Positions 9,175 through 20,365 of a DNA stretch of 64,000 bases are shown here, one piece after another. Source of the DNA: Chitinophagales bacterium. GTDB taxonomy: Bacteria > Bacteroidota > Bacteroidia > Chitinophagales > JAUHXS01. The notes beneath the pieces are model-generated. The model did not search any database, had not been told where the DNA came from, and saw nothing but the letters and a program-made list of their open reading frames with translations. The translations under genes were made by a program, and so were the position numbers. The stretch covers positions 1,698-65,697 of the forward strand of contig CBDBZN010000006.1 of assembly GCA_965213575.1 (NCBI GenBank). The letters run 5' to 3'. The first letter of the stretch is position 1, and every line of letters starts with the position of its first letter.

Positions 9175-11017
9175 TCAAAGTAAGCGTACCTCTTTTTTCT
9201 ATTAACTGGCCATTTTCTTCTTTTGCATATAAGCTCCAAATGTATACATCTGAAGCAGCATTTTTTCCTTTGTACTTTCCATCCCACCCTGTATTAGAAT
9301 CATTAGTTTGAAATATAAGATTCCCCCATCGGTCGTAAACTTCAAGTCCATATGTTTGATATGTACAAGAATGATAAATATTCCATGTGGCATTTGTTGC
9401 ATTTACATCTCCATTAGGCGAGAAAGCATTCGGTATGTATGGTAAGCAATCACAATCTTTCGTAAACACAACTATTTCAGCCATAACTGTATCACAGGAG
9501 TTGCCGGCAAATACCTGATAAGTACCCGGAGCGTTAACTGTTAAAATGCTATCATCTGATCCTTCATCCCACCAGTATATATAATCTTCATCGCCTGTAG
9601 CTATTAGTATTATCTCGTCAGTTGTGCAAATAATAGTATCTGAATTTAATTGAATAGTTGGAGTCGATTGATAATTAATATTAATAGTATCTGAATTTGC
9701 GTGACAACCGCCTAAAAATACATTTACCCAATATTGGCCGGAAGTTGTAATATATGTAATTTGATTAGAGTCTTGATTAGACCATCTATAGCTGTCCCAT
9801 GATGCTCCTGCATTTAAAACAAGCGTATCCAATCCACATAAAACAGTATCATTGCCTAAGGTAAAAGATGGAGCATTAATTTTGGACAATGGGCGTACTT
9901 GTATAGGTATGCCTAACCTTGGAGTAGCACCCACTGGGAAAGTGAAAGCATTTTCTTCAAAATCGCATCCTAGGCCGAGCGTATTAGGACTATTAATACG
10001 ATGCATGATATTGCTGCCATTCCCTGGCACTATGTAAATACGATCATCGGCAGCTAAAGATAATGATGAATAACTAACAAGACCAGTAACAAGTATACCG
10101 GTTGATGCCGGATCAGGATTAGTTGCATCATATTGATATAACCCGCTTCCAATTAAAAGCACATACAATAATTTGCTGTCAGGAGAAAATGCGACACCAT
10201 AAGAAAAATATTCATTATCAACAATTTTCATGTTTGATATAATACCGGTTGCATTATCAAAATCATATAATCTTGTTAAGGTAGGCCCTCTTTCATCATT
10301 GGTTGCTAATGCTAGTTTACTATTATCGGGAGAAGCAACTAAATAACCCGTTGTAAGATCAGAAGTAATATTTGCACCAGAAGGAGAAGTTACAGGCCCG
10401 GTGATCCCATCTTTATCAAGCAAATAGACATGGAAATTATTATTTACCTCATCATGCCCAATTATCCAATACTCACAACCACTTTGATGGTAAGCCACTG
10501 CACACTTTTCAGCGGTAGGGCTAAAAAGTATAATATTTTTCATACCGGGTACAACATCCCCCGTTCCTCCATTTAATGTCATATCTACAACAGAATAACC
10601 AAATTCACAAACATTCGGGTCAGATTTATCGCAGCCTCCTGTCCACCCTTCAGGAGTAATAACATAATAACGGCTTAAATTACCCGGATCCGGAACAATT
10701 GCCACTTGGCTTGTGCTATGGTTACCAAGTAGGCCGGTCCCATTTGGCATAATGTTGTGATTTTTATCCCATATAGTTTCCCCATCAGTATAGAATAATA
10801 AGTTGCCATCTGCATCTGATACCGAGGCAGAAGCTTCATCGGTATGTATTTGACTGCCTGATACAAAAACTGGATCTCCTGAACTAAAGTCTAAAGCAGC
10901 GTTATAGCCGAAATGCCATATATTGTTTTCACCTTGAGCAAAAGTATGCAGCGTGCCAACAAAAAGTACATAAATGAAGAGCCATCCAACAGTGAACAAT
11001 TTATATATGTGGCGCAT
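9167..11017 (-). CDS. surface protein with T9SS type B (gliding-motility-associated CHU_C) C-terminal domain
   Basis: 616 aa with signal peptide. C-terminus CDCLPYIPNAFSPNGD...WDGKYKGK...SDVYIW matches the CHU_C / T9SS type B sorting-domain pattern. Two Cys-containing ~70-aa modules precede it, like those in 55410..57914. Confidence 0.75.
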   Translation of the reverse strand: MRHIYKLFTVGWLFIYVLFVGTLHTFAQGENNIWHFGYNAALDFSSGDPVFVSGSQIHTDEASASVSDADGNLLFYTDGETIWDKNHNIMPNGTGLLGNHSTSQVAIVPDPGNLSRYYVITPEGWTGGCDKSDPNVCEFGYSVVDMTLNGGTGDVVPGMKNIILFSPTAEKCAVAYHQSGCEYWIIGHDEVNNNFHVYLLDKDGITGPVTSPSGANITSDLTTGYLVASPDNSKLALATNDERGPTLTRLYDFDNATGIISNMKIVDNEYFSYGVAFSPDSKLLYVLLIGSGLYQYDATNPDPASTGILVTGLVSYSSLSLAADDRIYIVPGNGSNIMHRINSPNTLGLGCDFEENAFTFPVGATPRLGIPIQVRPLSKINAPSFTLGNDTVLCGLDTLVLNAGASWDSYRWSNQDSNQITYITTSGQYWVNVFLGGCHANSDTININYQSTPTIQLNSDTIICTTDEIILIATGDEDYIYWWDEGSDDSILTVNAPGTYQVFAGNSCDTVMAEIVVFTKDCDCLPYIPNAFSPNGDVNATNATWNIYHSCTYQTYGLEVYDRWGNLIFQTNDSNTGWDGKYKGKNAASDVYIWSLYAKEENGQLIEKRGTLTLIK

Positions 11018-11121
11018 ATTAAAATATTTAGATTTTAAATATATAACATTTTATGTATTTATCAAGATACTAAGTATTCTAAATGCTACACTTTTTTGGA
11101 AAACTTTGTAAAGAGAAGAAG

Positions 11122-11194
11122 TGGTGACGGGCGGGGTCGAACCGCCGACACCAGGATTTTCAGTCCTGTGCTCTACCAACTGAGCTACATCACC
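11122..11194 (-). tRNA. tRNA-Phe (anticodon GAA)
   Basis: Reverse complement GGTGATGTAGCTCAGTTGGTAGAGCACAGGACTGAAAATCCTGGTGTCGGCGGTTCGACCCCGCCCGTCACCA folds as a cloverleaf. 7-bp acceptor stem with one G-U pair, anticodon loop CTGAAAA, T-loop GGTTCGA. CCA is not encoded. Confidence 0.9.
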
Positions 11195-11355
11195 TCTAGA
11201 GAGTTGCAAATGTAAGGATTTTTTGTTTTTAAATGGAAATTAGTGCTCAACTTTTATCTATTTTAAAGAGAATTGTTTTCTTGAACTCAAAAATTTAGTA
11301 TTTTGTTGATATTCTTGATATAAAATGTAGACATTTATTATTCAACAATTTAATT

Positions 11356-11640
11356 ATGTTTAAAGCTACTTGGAACAATAAAACACTTGCAGAAAGCGAT
11401 GAAACAATTCTGATTGAAGGTAATCATTATTTCCCTCCCACTGCTGTTAACCAATCTTATTTAAAAGAAAGCGATACGCACACGGTTTGTCCATGGAAAG
11501 GCGAAGCGAGTTATTATACACTTGAAGTAGACGGCAAAACCAATCAAGATGCCGCTTGGTATTACCCTAATGCTAAAGAAATGGCAAAGGGCTTTGAAAA
11601 CTATATCGCTTTTTGGAAAGGCGTAGAAGTTAAAAACTAA
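11356..11640 (+). CDS. DUF427 domain protein
   Basis: 94 aa. EGNHYFPP...CPWKGEASYY...AWYYP...AFWKGV is the characteristic DUF427 motif set. Confidence 0.75.
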   Translation: MFKATWNNKTLAESDETILIEGNHYFPPTAVNQSYLKESDTHTVCPWKGEASYYTLEVDGKTNQDAAWYYPNAKEMAKGFENYIAFWKGVEVKN

Positions 11641-11644
11641 CATT

Positions 11645-11932
11645 TTGGAGCAAATTAATGTCAATTTACTTATTGCTGACCGGACTTACCCGCTTAAAAT
11701 TAAGCCGGAAGAAGAAGCGACCATCAGGCAAGCTGCCAAAGAGATCAATGAAAAGATAAGAGAATTTCAAGGGCTTTATTCCGGTAAGGATAAGCAAGAT
11801 TATCTCGCTATGGCTATTTTAGTTTTTGCTGTAGAAAGTTTACGGACTACTACCCCAACAGAAAAGCAAGCATCTGCTGAAAACATTTCTGATAAACTGG
11901 AACAACTCGAAAAGCTCCTCGAACAATTCTAG
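11645..11932 (+). CDS. zapA: cell division protein ZapA
   Basis: 95 aa, TTG start. The N-terminal pattern INVNLLIADRTYPLKIKPEEE...IRQAAKEIN and a coiled-coil C-terminus are typical of Bacteroidota ZapA. Confidence 0.65.
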   Translation: MEQINVNLLIADRTYPLKIKPEEEATIRQAAKEINEKIREFQGLYSGKDKQDYLAMAILVFAVESLRTTTPTEKQASAENISDKLEQLEKLLEQF

Positions 11933-11938
11933 TACATA

Positions 11939-12925
11939 TTGAAAACAGGTAAGATATTAGTAATCCAAACCGCATTTATTGGCGATGTTATCTTAACTAC
12001 TTCTTTACTGGAAAAGATTCATTACGAACATCCTAATTATACTATTGACCTGCTTCTGAGGAAAGGAAATGGATCTTTATTTACTGCACATCCATATATA
12101 GAAAATGTATTTGTTTGGGATAAAAAATCGAATAAATACCTGAATTTATTTCGGATATTAAAAAGTATACGGAAAGAAAAATACGATAAGGTTATTAATC
12201 TTCAAAGGTTTGGTGCCAGTGGCTTGTTAACAGCTTTTAGCAACGCTCAAGAAAAAATCGGATTTAATAAAAACCCTTTTTCATTTTTTTTCGATAAAAA
12301 AATAAAACATACGTTTGATCAATCTTTGCATGAAACAGAGAGAAACTTAAAACTGATTGATCATTTTACGAATGAAAAATATTATAAACCTAAAATTTAT
12401 CCTTCCTTAATAGATTTTGAAAAAGTAAAATCATATAAAACACAATCATACATAACTATTGCCCCTGCATCTGTATGGTTTACTAAACAGTTTCCAAAAG
12501 ATAAATGGACAGAATTAATTACTACAGTTGATCCCAAAACCATTATTTATTTACTAGGCAGCTTTGCTGACCGAACATTGTGCGAAGTTTTAAAAAATGA
12601 TTCAAAACGTGCCAATTGTATCAACTTAGCGGGAGAATTGTCTTTGCTGCAATCCGCCGCTTTGATGAAGGATGCTGAAATGAATTATGTAAATGATTCC
12701 GCTCCTTTGCACTTAGCAAGTGCTATGAATGCTCCGACGACTGCTATCTATTGCTCCACAGTTCCGGCATTTGGGTTTGGTCCTCTTGCTGATAATAACC
12801 GTATTTTAGAAACAAAGCTTCCTTTATCGTGCCGCCCTTGCGGGCTGCATGGAAAAAGTGCGTGTCCGGAAGGACATTTCAACTGTGCATTAAATATTAA
12901 AGTAGGAATTTCAGAAAATAAATAA
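11939..12925 (+). CDS. glycosyltransferase family 9 (heptosyltransferase-like)
   Basis: 328 aa, TTG start. N-terminal KILVIQTAFIGDVILTT and C-terminal NDSAPLHLASAMNAPT blocks typical of GT9. Confidence 0.7.
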   Translation: MKTGKILVIQTAFIGDVILTTSLLEKIHYEHPNYTIDLLLRKGNGSLFTAHPYIENVFVWDKKSNKYLNLFRILKSIRKEKYDKVINLQRFGASGLLTAFSNAQEKIGFNKNPFSFFFDKKIKHTFDQSLHETERNLKLIDHFTNEKYYKPKIYPSLIDFEKVKSYKTQSYITIAPASVWFTKQFPKDKWTELITTVDPKTIIYLLGSFADRTLCEVLKNDSKRANCINLAGELSLLQSAALMKDAEMNYVNDSAPLHLASAMNAPTTAIYCSTVPAFGFGPLADNNRILETKLPLSCRPCGLHGKSACPEGHFNCALNIKVGISENK

Positions 12926-13047
12926 ATGATATCATTAGTTTTAATGGTATGCTAAGTAGCTCACGCAAACAATGGCATCTCATTTGCATACTGTATATGC
13001 AGATAAAAGAAAGTATATTTACATTTTAAGCTTTCATGCACTAATTA

Positions 13048-16000
13048 ATGAAGATTCCTAAACTTAAGAGTTGGCTTAAATGGTTAATAATCACCGTGCT
13101 AGGTATTATTTTACTGGTATTTTCGTTATTATGCGTACTTCATCTTCCCTTCGCAGAAAAAATATTGTCTAAAGAAGTAACCAAATTTGTCAGTTCTAAA
13201 ACGGATAGTGAGTTTAGAATTGGTAGGATCTATTTAAACTTCTTTTTTGACTTAGAGCTCCAAGATATTTACGCAGAAGATAACTCCCACGATACTTTAC
13301 TGAAAGTAGATCAATTAATAGTAGATATAAATCTTCTGGCTTTATTGAGCAAAAAAATCCACATAGATGAGATTATTTTAAATAATGCCGTGGGAAATAT
13401 TAATAGAGGAATTGACAGCCAATTCAATTTTCAGTTTTTAATAGATGCTTTTGCAGATACAACTGCTATAGACACCGTAGCGACTGATTCTGCCGCTGCT
13501 CCTTTTGAGTTTGGTATTTCTGAAGTAACAGTTAACAATATTCGATTTTCTATGAAAGATGAAATCTCCGGGCTACTTCTTGATCATGATATTAAAAAGT
13601 TTTATATCGACATTAATGATATGGATTTAGAATCAATGGAATTTGAAATAGATGATCTCGAAATAGCTGATGCAAAAAATGAGGTATTGATCTATAAAAA
13701 AACAGCTCCGACAGAAGAAAGTGAACCTAGTCCTTTTAAAATCACATTAAATGATGCAATAATTGAAAATGTATCTGTCAGCTTTTACGATTCTACCAGT
13801 TCAATGGAATTAAAAACAACCATTCCTAATTTTGAAATAGAAGATATCGCTTTTGATCTTTTAGCACAATCGGTAGCAGTTGAATATGTGAAACTGGCAA
13901 ACCTCGATCTGCTGTATAATGGTGGAGTTACAGCCGTGGATTCTACCCTTGTTACTGCTGACACTACTCCGGCTAAGAGCTGGTCTATCATTGCCGAAGA
14001 AATTGATATTACTAATAACAAAATTGAACTTATCGGTATTTTAGAAGACGATTTAACAGCTCAAATAATTGCTTTACAAGCAAATGATTTAGAATATAAA
14101 GATCAATTTGCACGGGGCGAAATTGAAAAATTTCAGATGAATAACAATTTGTATCCTGACATCCGGCAGTTATCAATTGTTTTTGAAGTAGATAGTACTT
14201 CTGCAAAAGTTAAAAATTTAGACATTTTGGCTGCCAACAGTGAAATTCATGCCGATGCATCTGCCAAACATCCGAATTTATGGAAGATGAATGAGGAAAC
14301 AATGAATCAATTGGCTTTATCATTAAATCTAGATAAATCACACATCAATACAAACGATGTAGTAAAATTTGTACCGAGTTTAGACACCGTAGAACAGTTT
14401 CAATCATTTAAAAACAGAAACATTAATATTGCTGCAAACATACAAGGCACCCTGGAAAATTTAAATGTGAATCGACTTAATATTTTGATGGATTCTAACA
14501 AAATTAACTTCACCGGAAAGCTAAAAAATGTCACAGATATCGAACAAGCTTATTTCAATATAAATCTAGATACCTTACTTATCCAGAAAAGCTTATATGC
14601 AGGATTCATTGACAGCGCTACAAAAGAAAGTTTTGCTTTACCTCCTAGTATCAGCAGTGGAGGAGCTTTTAAAGGCACGATGAAGGAAATGAAGATTTAT
14701 AATCGTTTGCATATTTTCTCCGGCCATTTAGCTACAGATATTACAGCAAAAAACTTAAATAATCCCGGAATTTTATCTGCCAATGGAACTATAAACGTGA
14801 AAGAGTTCCAATTGGGGAAATTATTAAAGCAAGACAGTATGCTTAGAAATATAACTGCACAAGCTGATTTTGCTGTTACTATGAAAGATACTCAACTATC
14901 CTCTGCAACAGTAGATTTACAAGCAAAAGAATTTTTCTTGAATGGGTACAATTATCATAATATCGAGCTGGCCGGTAAGCTTGCCAATGATTCTGTAAAA
15001 TTTACCTCAACTATAGATGATGATAATCTAGTGCTTGATTTAACTGCTAATGCAAATTTAGATACTATTAACCCATACTATTCTGCTAAGCTTGACTTAA
15101 AAAAATCAAACCTTCAAGAGCTGAATTGGAGTAATGAACAATTAAGTGTGAATGGAATTTTAGAAGCAAGATTTAAAGGGAAAGACCTATCCAGGATCAA
15201 TGGCGACTTAGCGGTAAGAGAAGTAGATGTCATAAAAAACGGAAAGCCTTACAAAATAGACTCTCTTATTGCCGTTTCAATTGATGGTGATGAGAATACA
15301 GAGGTTTCTATTCAGTCAGATTTTATTTCTGGAACGCTGAAAGGAAATATAAATATCCTTAATATACCGGCAAGCTTAACGCAACATATTGATCATTACA
15401 TAGATATTGCAGAAGAGCCGGAAAAGAAAATAGCTAATGAACAATTTACATTTGAATTAAAAATAGAAAAGCCGGAAATCCTTACGCAATTGCTAGTACC
15501 GGGATTAGATGAACTGGTTACCGGTAAGATTGAAGGCTCATATAACAGTAAAGATACTTCTTTAAAAATAGAAATATCTCTACCCTATATAGATTACCAA
15601 GATATGCAAATTGATTCTTTTTATGTAGATATAAATTCCAATGATAATGCACTAAAATACGATGTTGGATTTAGCTCTTTTAAGCAGGGTGCGTTAGATA
15701 TAAATGCCACGTCTGTAGCAGGTGACATTAAAAATGATAAAATAGATACCCGCTTAACGGTTAGGGATGAAAGCGCTGTAGAAAAGTATCAAATCAATAC
15801 GCTTTTAGCGAAAAAACAAGATCAATACGAACTAAGCATTCAAGATCAAGGCTTGATCATCAGTTATGATACTTGGAATGTAAATGAAGGAAATAAAGTT
15901 GTTTTCGGAGATTCTACTTTACAACTATATGAATTGCAATTAAGCCATGGCCAAGAAAAGTTAACGATCAGTTCACCCGATGCAGGCAAGCAGGTTCCTC

Positions 16001-18003
16001 CATTAAAGCTAGAGTTCGACAATTTCCGAGTAAGCACTATTGGTAATGCCATTCAACCGGAGAAGGATATGTTGGAAGGGAATATTAACGGATTTTTTAC
16101 GCTGAAAAAGCAAAATGAAAATCTTGTATTCATGTCTGATATGACGATCGAACAATTTAAATATGGAACAAATTACCTTGGTGATATCAGCTTTAAAGCA
16201 CGGCAAGTAAACGAAACCAGATATGAAGTGGAAGCAACCGTTAAAGGCGCTAATGATATTGAATTAAAAGGTTATTATTTAGCCAATGAAAAGGGAGATT
16301 ATAAGATGAATATCGACCTCGACGATATTGCTTTAAAATCGTTAGATTCTATAGCCGGCGATCAAATTACTCAGTTGAAAGGAAATATTACCGGCAACAT
16401 GATACTTACCGGAGATAAAAACACCTTCGATATCAATGGAAGTTTAAATTTTAATCAAGCTAGTGTGCGAATAGCTTTATTAGGTACTCCTTTATATATG
16501 AATAACGAGACGATTACATTCAATAAGAGAGGCTTTGTCTTAAATAAATTTACTATCGAAGGCCAAGGTGATGATAAAATGGTTATTGATGGTTTTGTAG
16601 ATCCACAAACCTATGTAGATTATGATTTTAATCTTTCTATCAATACAGATCACTTCCATCTGATGAATACAACAGCAGAAAATAGTGATTTATTTTATGG
16701 CGATTTATATTTAAAAAGTGATATGAAGTTAACAGGTAATACTACCCATCCTCATTTAAAAGTAGATGCCACCTTAGATGATTCTACAGATGTTACCTAC
16801 ATTTTACCTATTACTTCGCCCTCTGTAACAAACAGTGAAGGCGTGATAGAATTCGTTGAAGTAGATTCTACTGCCGGCCAAATCAAAATTACCTCGTTAG
16901 ATACGGCTGATGCAGGAGATACCGTAAAAGCGGGTTTTGAAGGAATTACGGTAGATGCTCGAGTCCGGGTAGCTTCTAATACTATCTTCAAATTAATTGT
17001 AGATCCTTATGCAGGAGATTATCTGCAAATACAAGGTGGTGGAGACTTAAAGGTTGATATTAATGAATCCGGTGATATCACTATGGTTGGCCAATACGAA
17101 GTTCAGGATGGAGAATACCGACTCAGCTTTTATGGCTTAGTAAAAAAGAAGTTTCTTTTAGCTAAAGGAAGTACTATTTACTGGCAAGGAGATCCAACAG
17201 ATGCCACCATGGATATAAGGGCAGAGTATGAAATATCTACAGACCCGAAAGAGCTATTTGTAAACTCTTCTAACTACTCTGCACAATTACCGGATGCGTA
17301 TAGCAAACGGCTACCATTTATTGTAGGATTAAATATTGAGGGGGAACTCTTAAAACCTGAGATTACTTTTGATATAAGCTTAGAAGAAAAAGCCAAAGGG
17401 GCTTTAAATGGAGCGGTAAATGCTAAATTGGACGAGTTGAAATCTAATGAAGCAGAGCTTAACAAGCAGGTATTTGCCTTGCTGGTGTTAAACGGTTTTG
17501 TAGCAAGTACTCCGACAGATGGAGGTGGCGGTAGTGCCGTAAACAATGCTGCCCGGTCTAGTGTAAGTAAAATTTTAACCAATCAGTTAAACAACTTATC
17601 TAATAGATATATCAAAGGCGCTGAGTTAGATTTCAACCTTCAATCATACGAAACAGCATCGGGTGGTAATGTACAAAGCCAAACAGACCTTGAAGTGGGT
17701 TTAACTAAAAATTTACTAAATGACCGATTAAGTGTTAGAGTAGGTGGAAATGTTAATTTGGAAGGTGGAGATCAAACAGCACAGCAACAACAAGGATTGA
17801 GCAACATTGCGGGAGATATCATTATAGAATATAAGATTACGGAAGATGGGCGATACAAGTTTAAAGTATTTAGAGCTAATAAGTTTGAAGGGGTATTAGA
17901 CGGTGAGATTATAGAAACCGGAGTAGGCATTGTATTTACAAGAGATTACAATACATTTAATGAGTTATTTTCAAAAGATAAAAAGGAAGATGAAGAATAT
18001 TAA
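13048..18003 (+). CDS. tamB: translocation and assembly module protein TamB (DUF490 C-terminus)
   Basis: 1651 aa. N-terminal membrane anchor, very long beta-rich body and a C-terminal region resembling DUF490. Its stop overlaps the start of a BamA/TamA-like gene. Confidence 0.75.
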   Translation: MKIPKLKSWLKWLIITVLGIILLVFSLLCVLHLPFAEKILSKEVTKFVSSKTDSEFRIGRIYLNFFFDLELQDIYAEDNSHDTLLKVDQLIVDINLLALLSKKIHIDEIILNNAVGNINRGIDSQFNFQFLIDAFADTTAIDTVATDSAAAPFEFGISEVTVNNIRFSMKDEISGLLLDHDIKKFYIDINDMDLESMEFEIDDLEIADAKNEVLIYKKTAPTEESEPSPFKITLNDAIIENVSVSFYDSTSSMELKTTIPNFEIEDIAFDLLAQSVAVEYVKLANLDLLYNGGVTAVDSTLVTADTTPAKSWSIIAEEIDITNNKIELIGILEDDLTAQIIALQANDLEYKDQFARGEIEKFQMNNNLYPDIRQLSIVFEVDSTSAKVKNLDILAANSEIHADASAKHPNLWKMNEETMNQLALSLNLDKSHINTNDVVKFVPSLDTVEQFQSFKNRNINIAANIQGTLENLNVNRLNILMDSNKINFTGKLKNVTDIEQAYFNINLDTLLIQKSLYAGFIDSATKESFALPPSISSGGAFKGTMKEMKIYNRLHIFSGHLATDITAKNLNNPGILSANGTINVKEFQLGKLLKQDSMLRNITAQADFAVTMKDTQLSSATVDLQAKEFFLNGYNYHNIELAGKLANDSVKFTSTIDDDNLVLDLTANANLDTINPYYSAKLDLKKSNLQELNWSNEQLSVNGILEARFKGKDLSRINGDLAVREVDVIKNGKPYKIDSLIAVSIDGDENTEVSIQSDFISGTLKGNINILNIPASLTQHIDHYIDIAEEPEKKIANEQFTFELKIEKPEILTQLLVPGLDELVTGKIEGSYNSKDTSLKIEISLPYIDYQDMQIDSFYVDINSNDNALKYDVGFSSFKQGALDINATSVAGDIKNDKIDTRLTVRDESAVEKYQINTLLAKKQDQYELSIQDQGLIISYDTWNVNEGNKVVFGDSTLQLYELQLSHGQEKLTISSPDAGKQVPPLKLEFDNFRVSTIGNAIQPEKDMLEGNINGFFTLKKQNENLVFMSDMTIEQFKYGTNYLGDISFKARQVNETRYEVEATVKGANDIELKGYYLANEKGDYKMNIDLDDIALKSLDSIAGDQITQLKGNITGNMILTGDKNTFDINGSLNFNQASVRIALLGTPLYMNNETITFNKRGFVLNKFTIEGQGDDKMVIDGFVDPQTYVDYDFNLSINTDHFHLMNTTAENSDLFYGDLYLKSDMKLTGNTTHPHLKVDATLDDSTDVTYILPITSPSVTNSEGVIEFVEVDSTAGQIKITSLDTADAGDTVKAGFEGITVDARVRVASNTIFKLIVDPYAGDYLQIQGGGDLKVDINESGDITMVGQYEVQDGEYRLSFYGLVKKKFLLAKGSTIYWQGDPTDATMDIRAEYEISTDPKELFVNSSNYSAQLPDAYSKRLPFIVGLNIEGELLKPEITFDISLEEKAKGALNGAVNAKLDELKSNEAELNKQVFALLVLNGFVASTPTDGGGGSAVNNAARSSVSKILTNQLNNLSNRYIKGAELDFNLQSYETASGGNVQSQTDLEVGLTKNLLNDRLSVRVGGNVNLEGGDQTAQQQQGLSNIAGDIIIEYKITEDGRYKFKVFRANKFEGVLDGEIIETGVGIVFTRDYNTFNELFSKDKKEDEEY

Positions 18004-20341
18004 TTCCTGTATCTTGTTTTCAAAAAATCCCTTCCAAGGCTTCGCATATTTATTTGTGCTGATACTGCTCTTTAACTCCTGTAGTAATACTAAATATTTA
18101 GCAGAAGGCGAGTCCTTATATTTAGGTTCTACTGTTGAAATCAAATCAGACAATAAAATCCCTTCCGGATTAGCCGGTGAGCTGGAAGGTATTATAAGGC
18201 CTCAACCTAATAAAAAATTCTTAGGTATAGGGAGGTTTAAATTATGGGTATACAATCAAGTTGATACGGTCGAAAAGCAAAAGGGATTTAAATATTGGTT
18301 AAAATATAAATTAGGTGAACCCCCTGTATTATTTAAGGAAAATGATATTGATAACAACAAAAAAATCTTATCCGGAAAACTTAAAAATAAAGGCTTTTTT
18401 ACGCCTGAAATTAGTGCAGAAGCCAAACAGAAAAAGAAGAAAAAAACAACCGTTACTTATACTGTTGAAGTTGACCAACAATATCATATTAATCAAATAA
18501 CCTACTTTATTACTGACAAAGCGATAGAACGTATTTTCTTAGATGCACGGGAAGATGCTCTTATTAAAGAAGGAGATGCTTATGATTTAGACAAACTGAT
18601 TGCTGAACGAGCCCGTGTAGAAAGCATCTTAAAGAATAAAGGATATTATTATTTTAGGGATGACTACATTCTTTATCAGATAGATAGTTCATCAGCCGAC
18701 AGCAACAATTTAGTCAATATTTTTGTACGAATTAAAGAAGAAGTTCCAGAAAAAGATCTACAAATCTATCAGATAGGAGACATTTCTGTTACCATTAACG
18801 AGACCATCTTAGAAGATACCAATGAAATCAAAAATATACGCCAGGTAGGACAATATACGTATAAAACCGATGATGAATTTCCGGTAAAGCCAACTTTTTT
18901 AAATGATCATATATTTTTAAAAGAAGATAGCATTTATAGAAAAGAAAATTTTAATGCTACCTTAAACAGAATGTCGGCATTAGGTGTCTTTTCTTATATT
19001 AACATCGACTTTAAAGATATAGGCGATCAAACACTGGATGCTGATATAACTTTAGCCATGCTTAAAAAAAGGTCGTTACGGGCAGAACTGGAATTAGTAT
19101 CTAAATCTAATGGATTTACAGGGCCCGGGTTAAGTCTCTCTCTTTTAAACAGGAATTTTCTTAAAGGAGCGGAATTATTAAATATCAACTTTTTTGGAGG
19201 TTTTGAATCTCAAATAGGCGGTTCACAAACATCCGGTTTTGCAACATTTGAATATGGCGTAAATGTGTCACTTGACATGCCTGGTATACGGCCTAGTTTG
19301 GGAGTGTTAAATCCTGATAAAGATTATTTACCTAAAACAACTATTGAATTTGGTTATACCTTACAAAACAGGGTGCGATTTTATCAACTTAATTCCTTAA
19401 GTGGCTCCTATAGCTTCCGTTTTAATTCCTCTGCAAAGATAGATCATAAAATCAAAACCCTTTACCTTAGTTATTTAAAATTAAGCAACACCAGTGATGA
19501 ATTTCAAGCTTTAATCAACGAAAACCCCATTTTAAAAACTTCTTTTGAAGAACAATTTTTAATAGGGCACGGCTATACTTTTAACTTTAATAATTTTGTA
19601 GACCCGGACCGTAAAAATAATATAGCTTATACATTTGATTTAGACTTATCGGGTAATAGTGCTTATTTAATCCAAAGCTTAATCCAAGGAAAACCGGATA
19701 ACGATACCCTTCCTTATGAGTTATTCGGCAGGCCCTATGCGCAGTTTGCGAGAGTTAGCTCTAACTTTAGATATTATTTTAATTTTAAAAATTCTCATAC
19801 GATCGCTACCAGATTATATGCCGGTATAGGCTTGCCTTATTTAAATTCCAGTACACTCCCTTATACCAAGCAATTTTTTGTTGGAGGGCCAAACAGCTTA
19901 AGAGGATTTACCATTCGATCCGTTGGCCCGGGCTCCTATAATGGACAAGATGATACCATGTCCAGCCAATTTCTATTCTTAGATCAAACAGGCAACACAA
20001 AACTTGAGACAAATGTAGAATACCGTTTCCCTATTGTAGCTATTCTAAAAGGAGCATTATTTGTAGATGCGGGTAATGTGTGGCTGACATATGACGATCC
20101 TAAAAAGCCCGGAGGTAAATTTGATCCACAGAAATTTATAAGTGAATTAGCGGTGAGTGCCGGATTTGGTATTAGAATAGACCCTCAGTTTTTTGTGATC
20201 AGATTAGATATCGGCTTTCCTATCAGGAAACCTTATTTACCCGAAGCAGAGCGTTGGATCATAAACGATATAGATATAGCCAGTAAAGAATGGCGAAGAG
20301 ATAATTTGGTCTTAAATATTGCTATTGGATATCCTTTTTAA
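17990..20341 (+). CDS. BamA/TamA family outer membrane protein
   Basis: ATG at 17990 (MKNINS...) overlaps the tamB stop by 14 nt. The 17930 start in the ORF track is probably an artefactual extension. Signal/lipoprotein-like N-terminus and a C-terminal surface-antigen barrel ending ...NIAIGYPF. Confidence 0.75.
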   Translation: MKNINSCILFSKNPFQGFAYLFVLILLFNSCSNTKYLAEGESLYLGSTVEIKSDNKIPSGLAGELEGIIRPQPNKKFLGIGRFKLWVYNQVDTVEKQKGFKYWLKYKLGEPPVLFKENDIDNNKKILSGKLKNKGFFTPEISAEAKQKKKKKTTVTYTVEVDQQYHINQITYFITDKAIERIFLDAREDALIKEGDAYDLDKLIAERARVESILKNKGYYYFRDDYILYQIDSSSADSNNLVNIFVRIKEEVPEKDLQIYQIGDISVTINETILEDTNEIKNIRQVGQYTYKTDDEFPVKPTFLNDHIFLKEDSIYRKENFNATLNRMSALGVFSYINIDFKDIGDQTLDADITLAMLKKRSLRAELELVSKSNGFTGPGLSLSLLNRNFLKGAELLNINFFGGFESQIGGSQTSGFATFEYGVNVSLDMPGIRPSLGVLNPDKDYLPKTTIEFGYTLQNRVRFYQLNSLSGSYSFRFNSSAKIDHKIKTLYLSYLKLSNTSDEFQALINENPILKTSFEEQFLIGHGYTFNFNNFVDPDRKNNIAYTFDLDLSGNSAYLIQSLIQGKPDNDTLPYELFGRPYAQFARVSSNFRYYFNFKNSHTIATRLYAGIGLPYLNSSTLPYTKQFFVGGPNSLRGFTIRSVGPGSYNGQDDTMSSQFLFLDQTGNTKLETNVEYRFPIVAILKGALFVDAGNVWLTYDDPKKPGGKFDPQKFISELAVSAGFGIRIDPQFFVIRLDIGFPIRKPYLPEAERWIINDIDIASKEWRRDNLVLNIAIGYPF

Positions 20342-20365
20342 ACGGTAAAATTATAGAAAAACAAC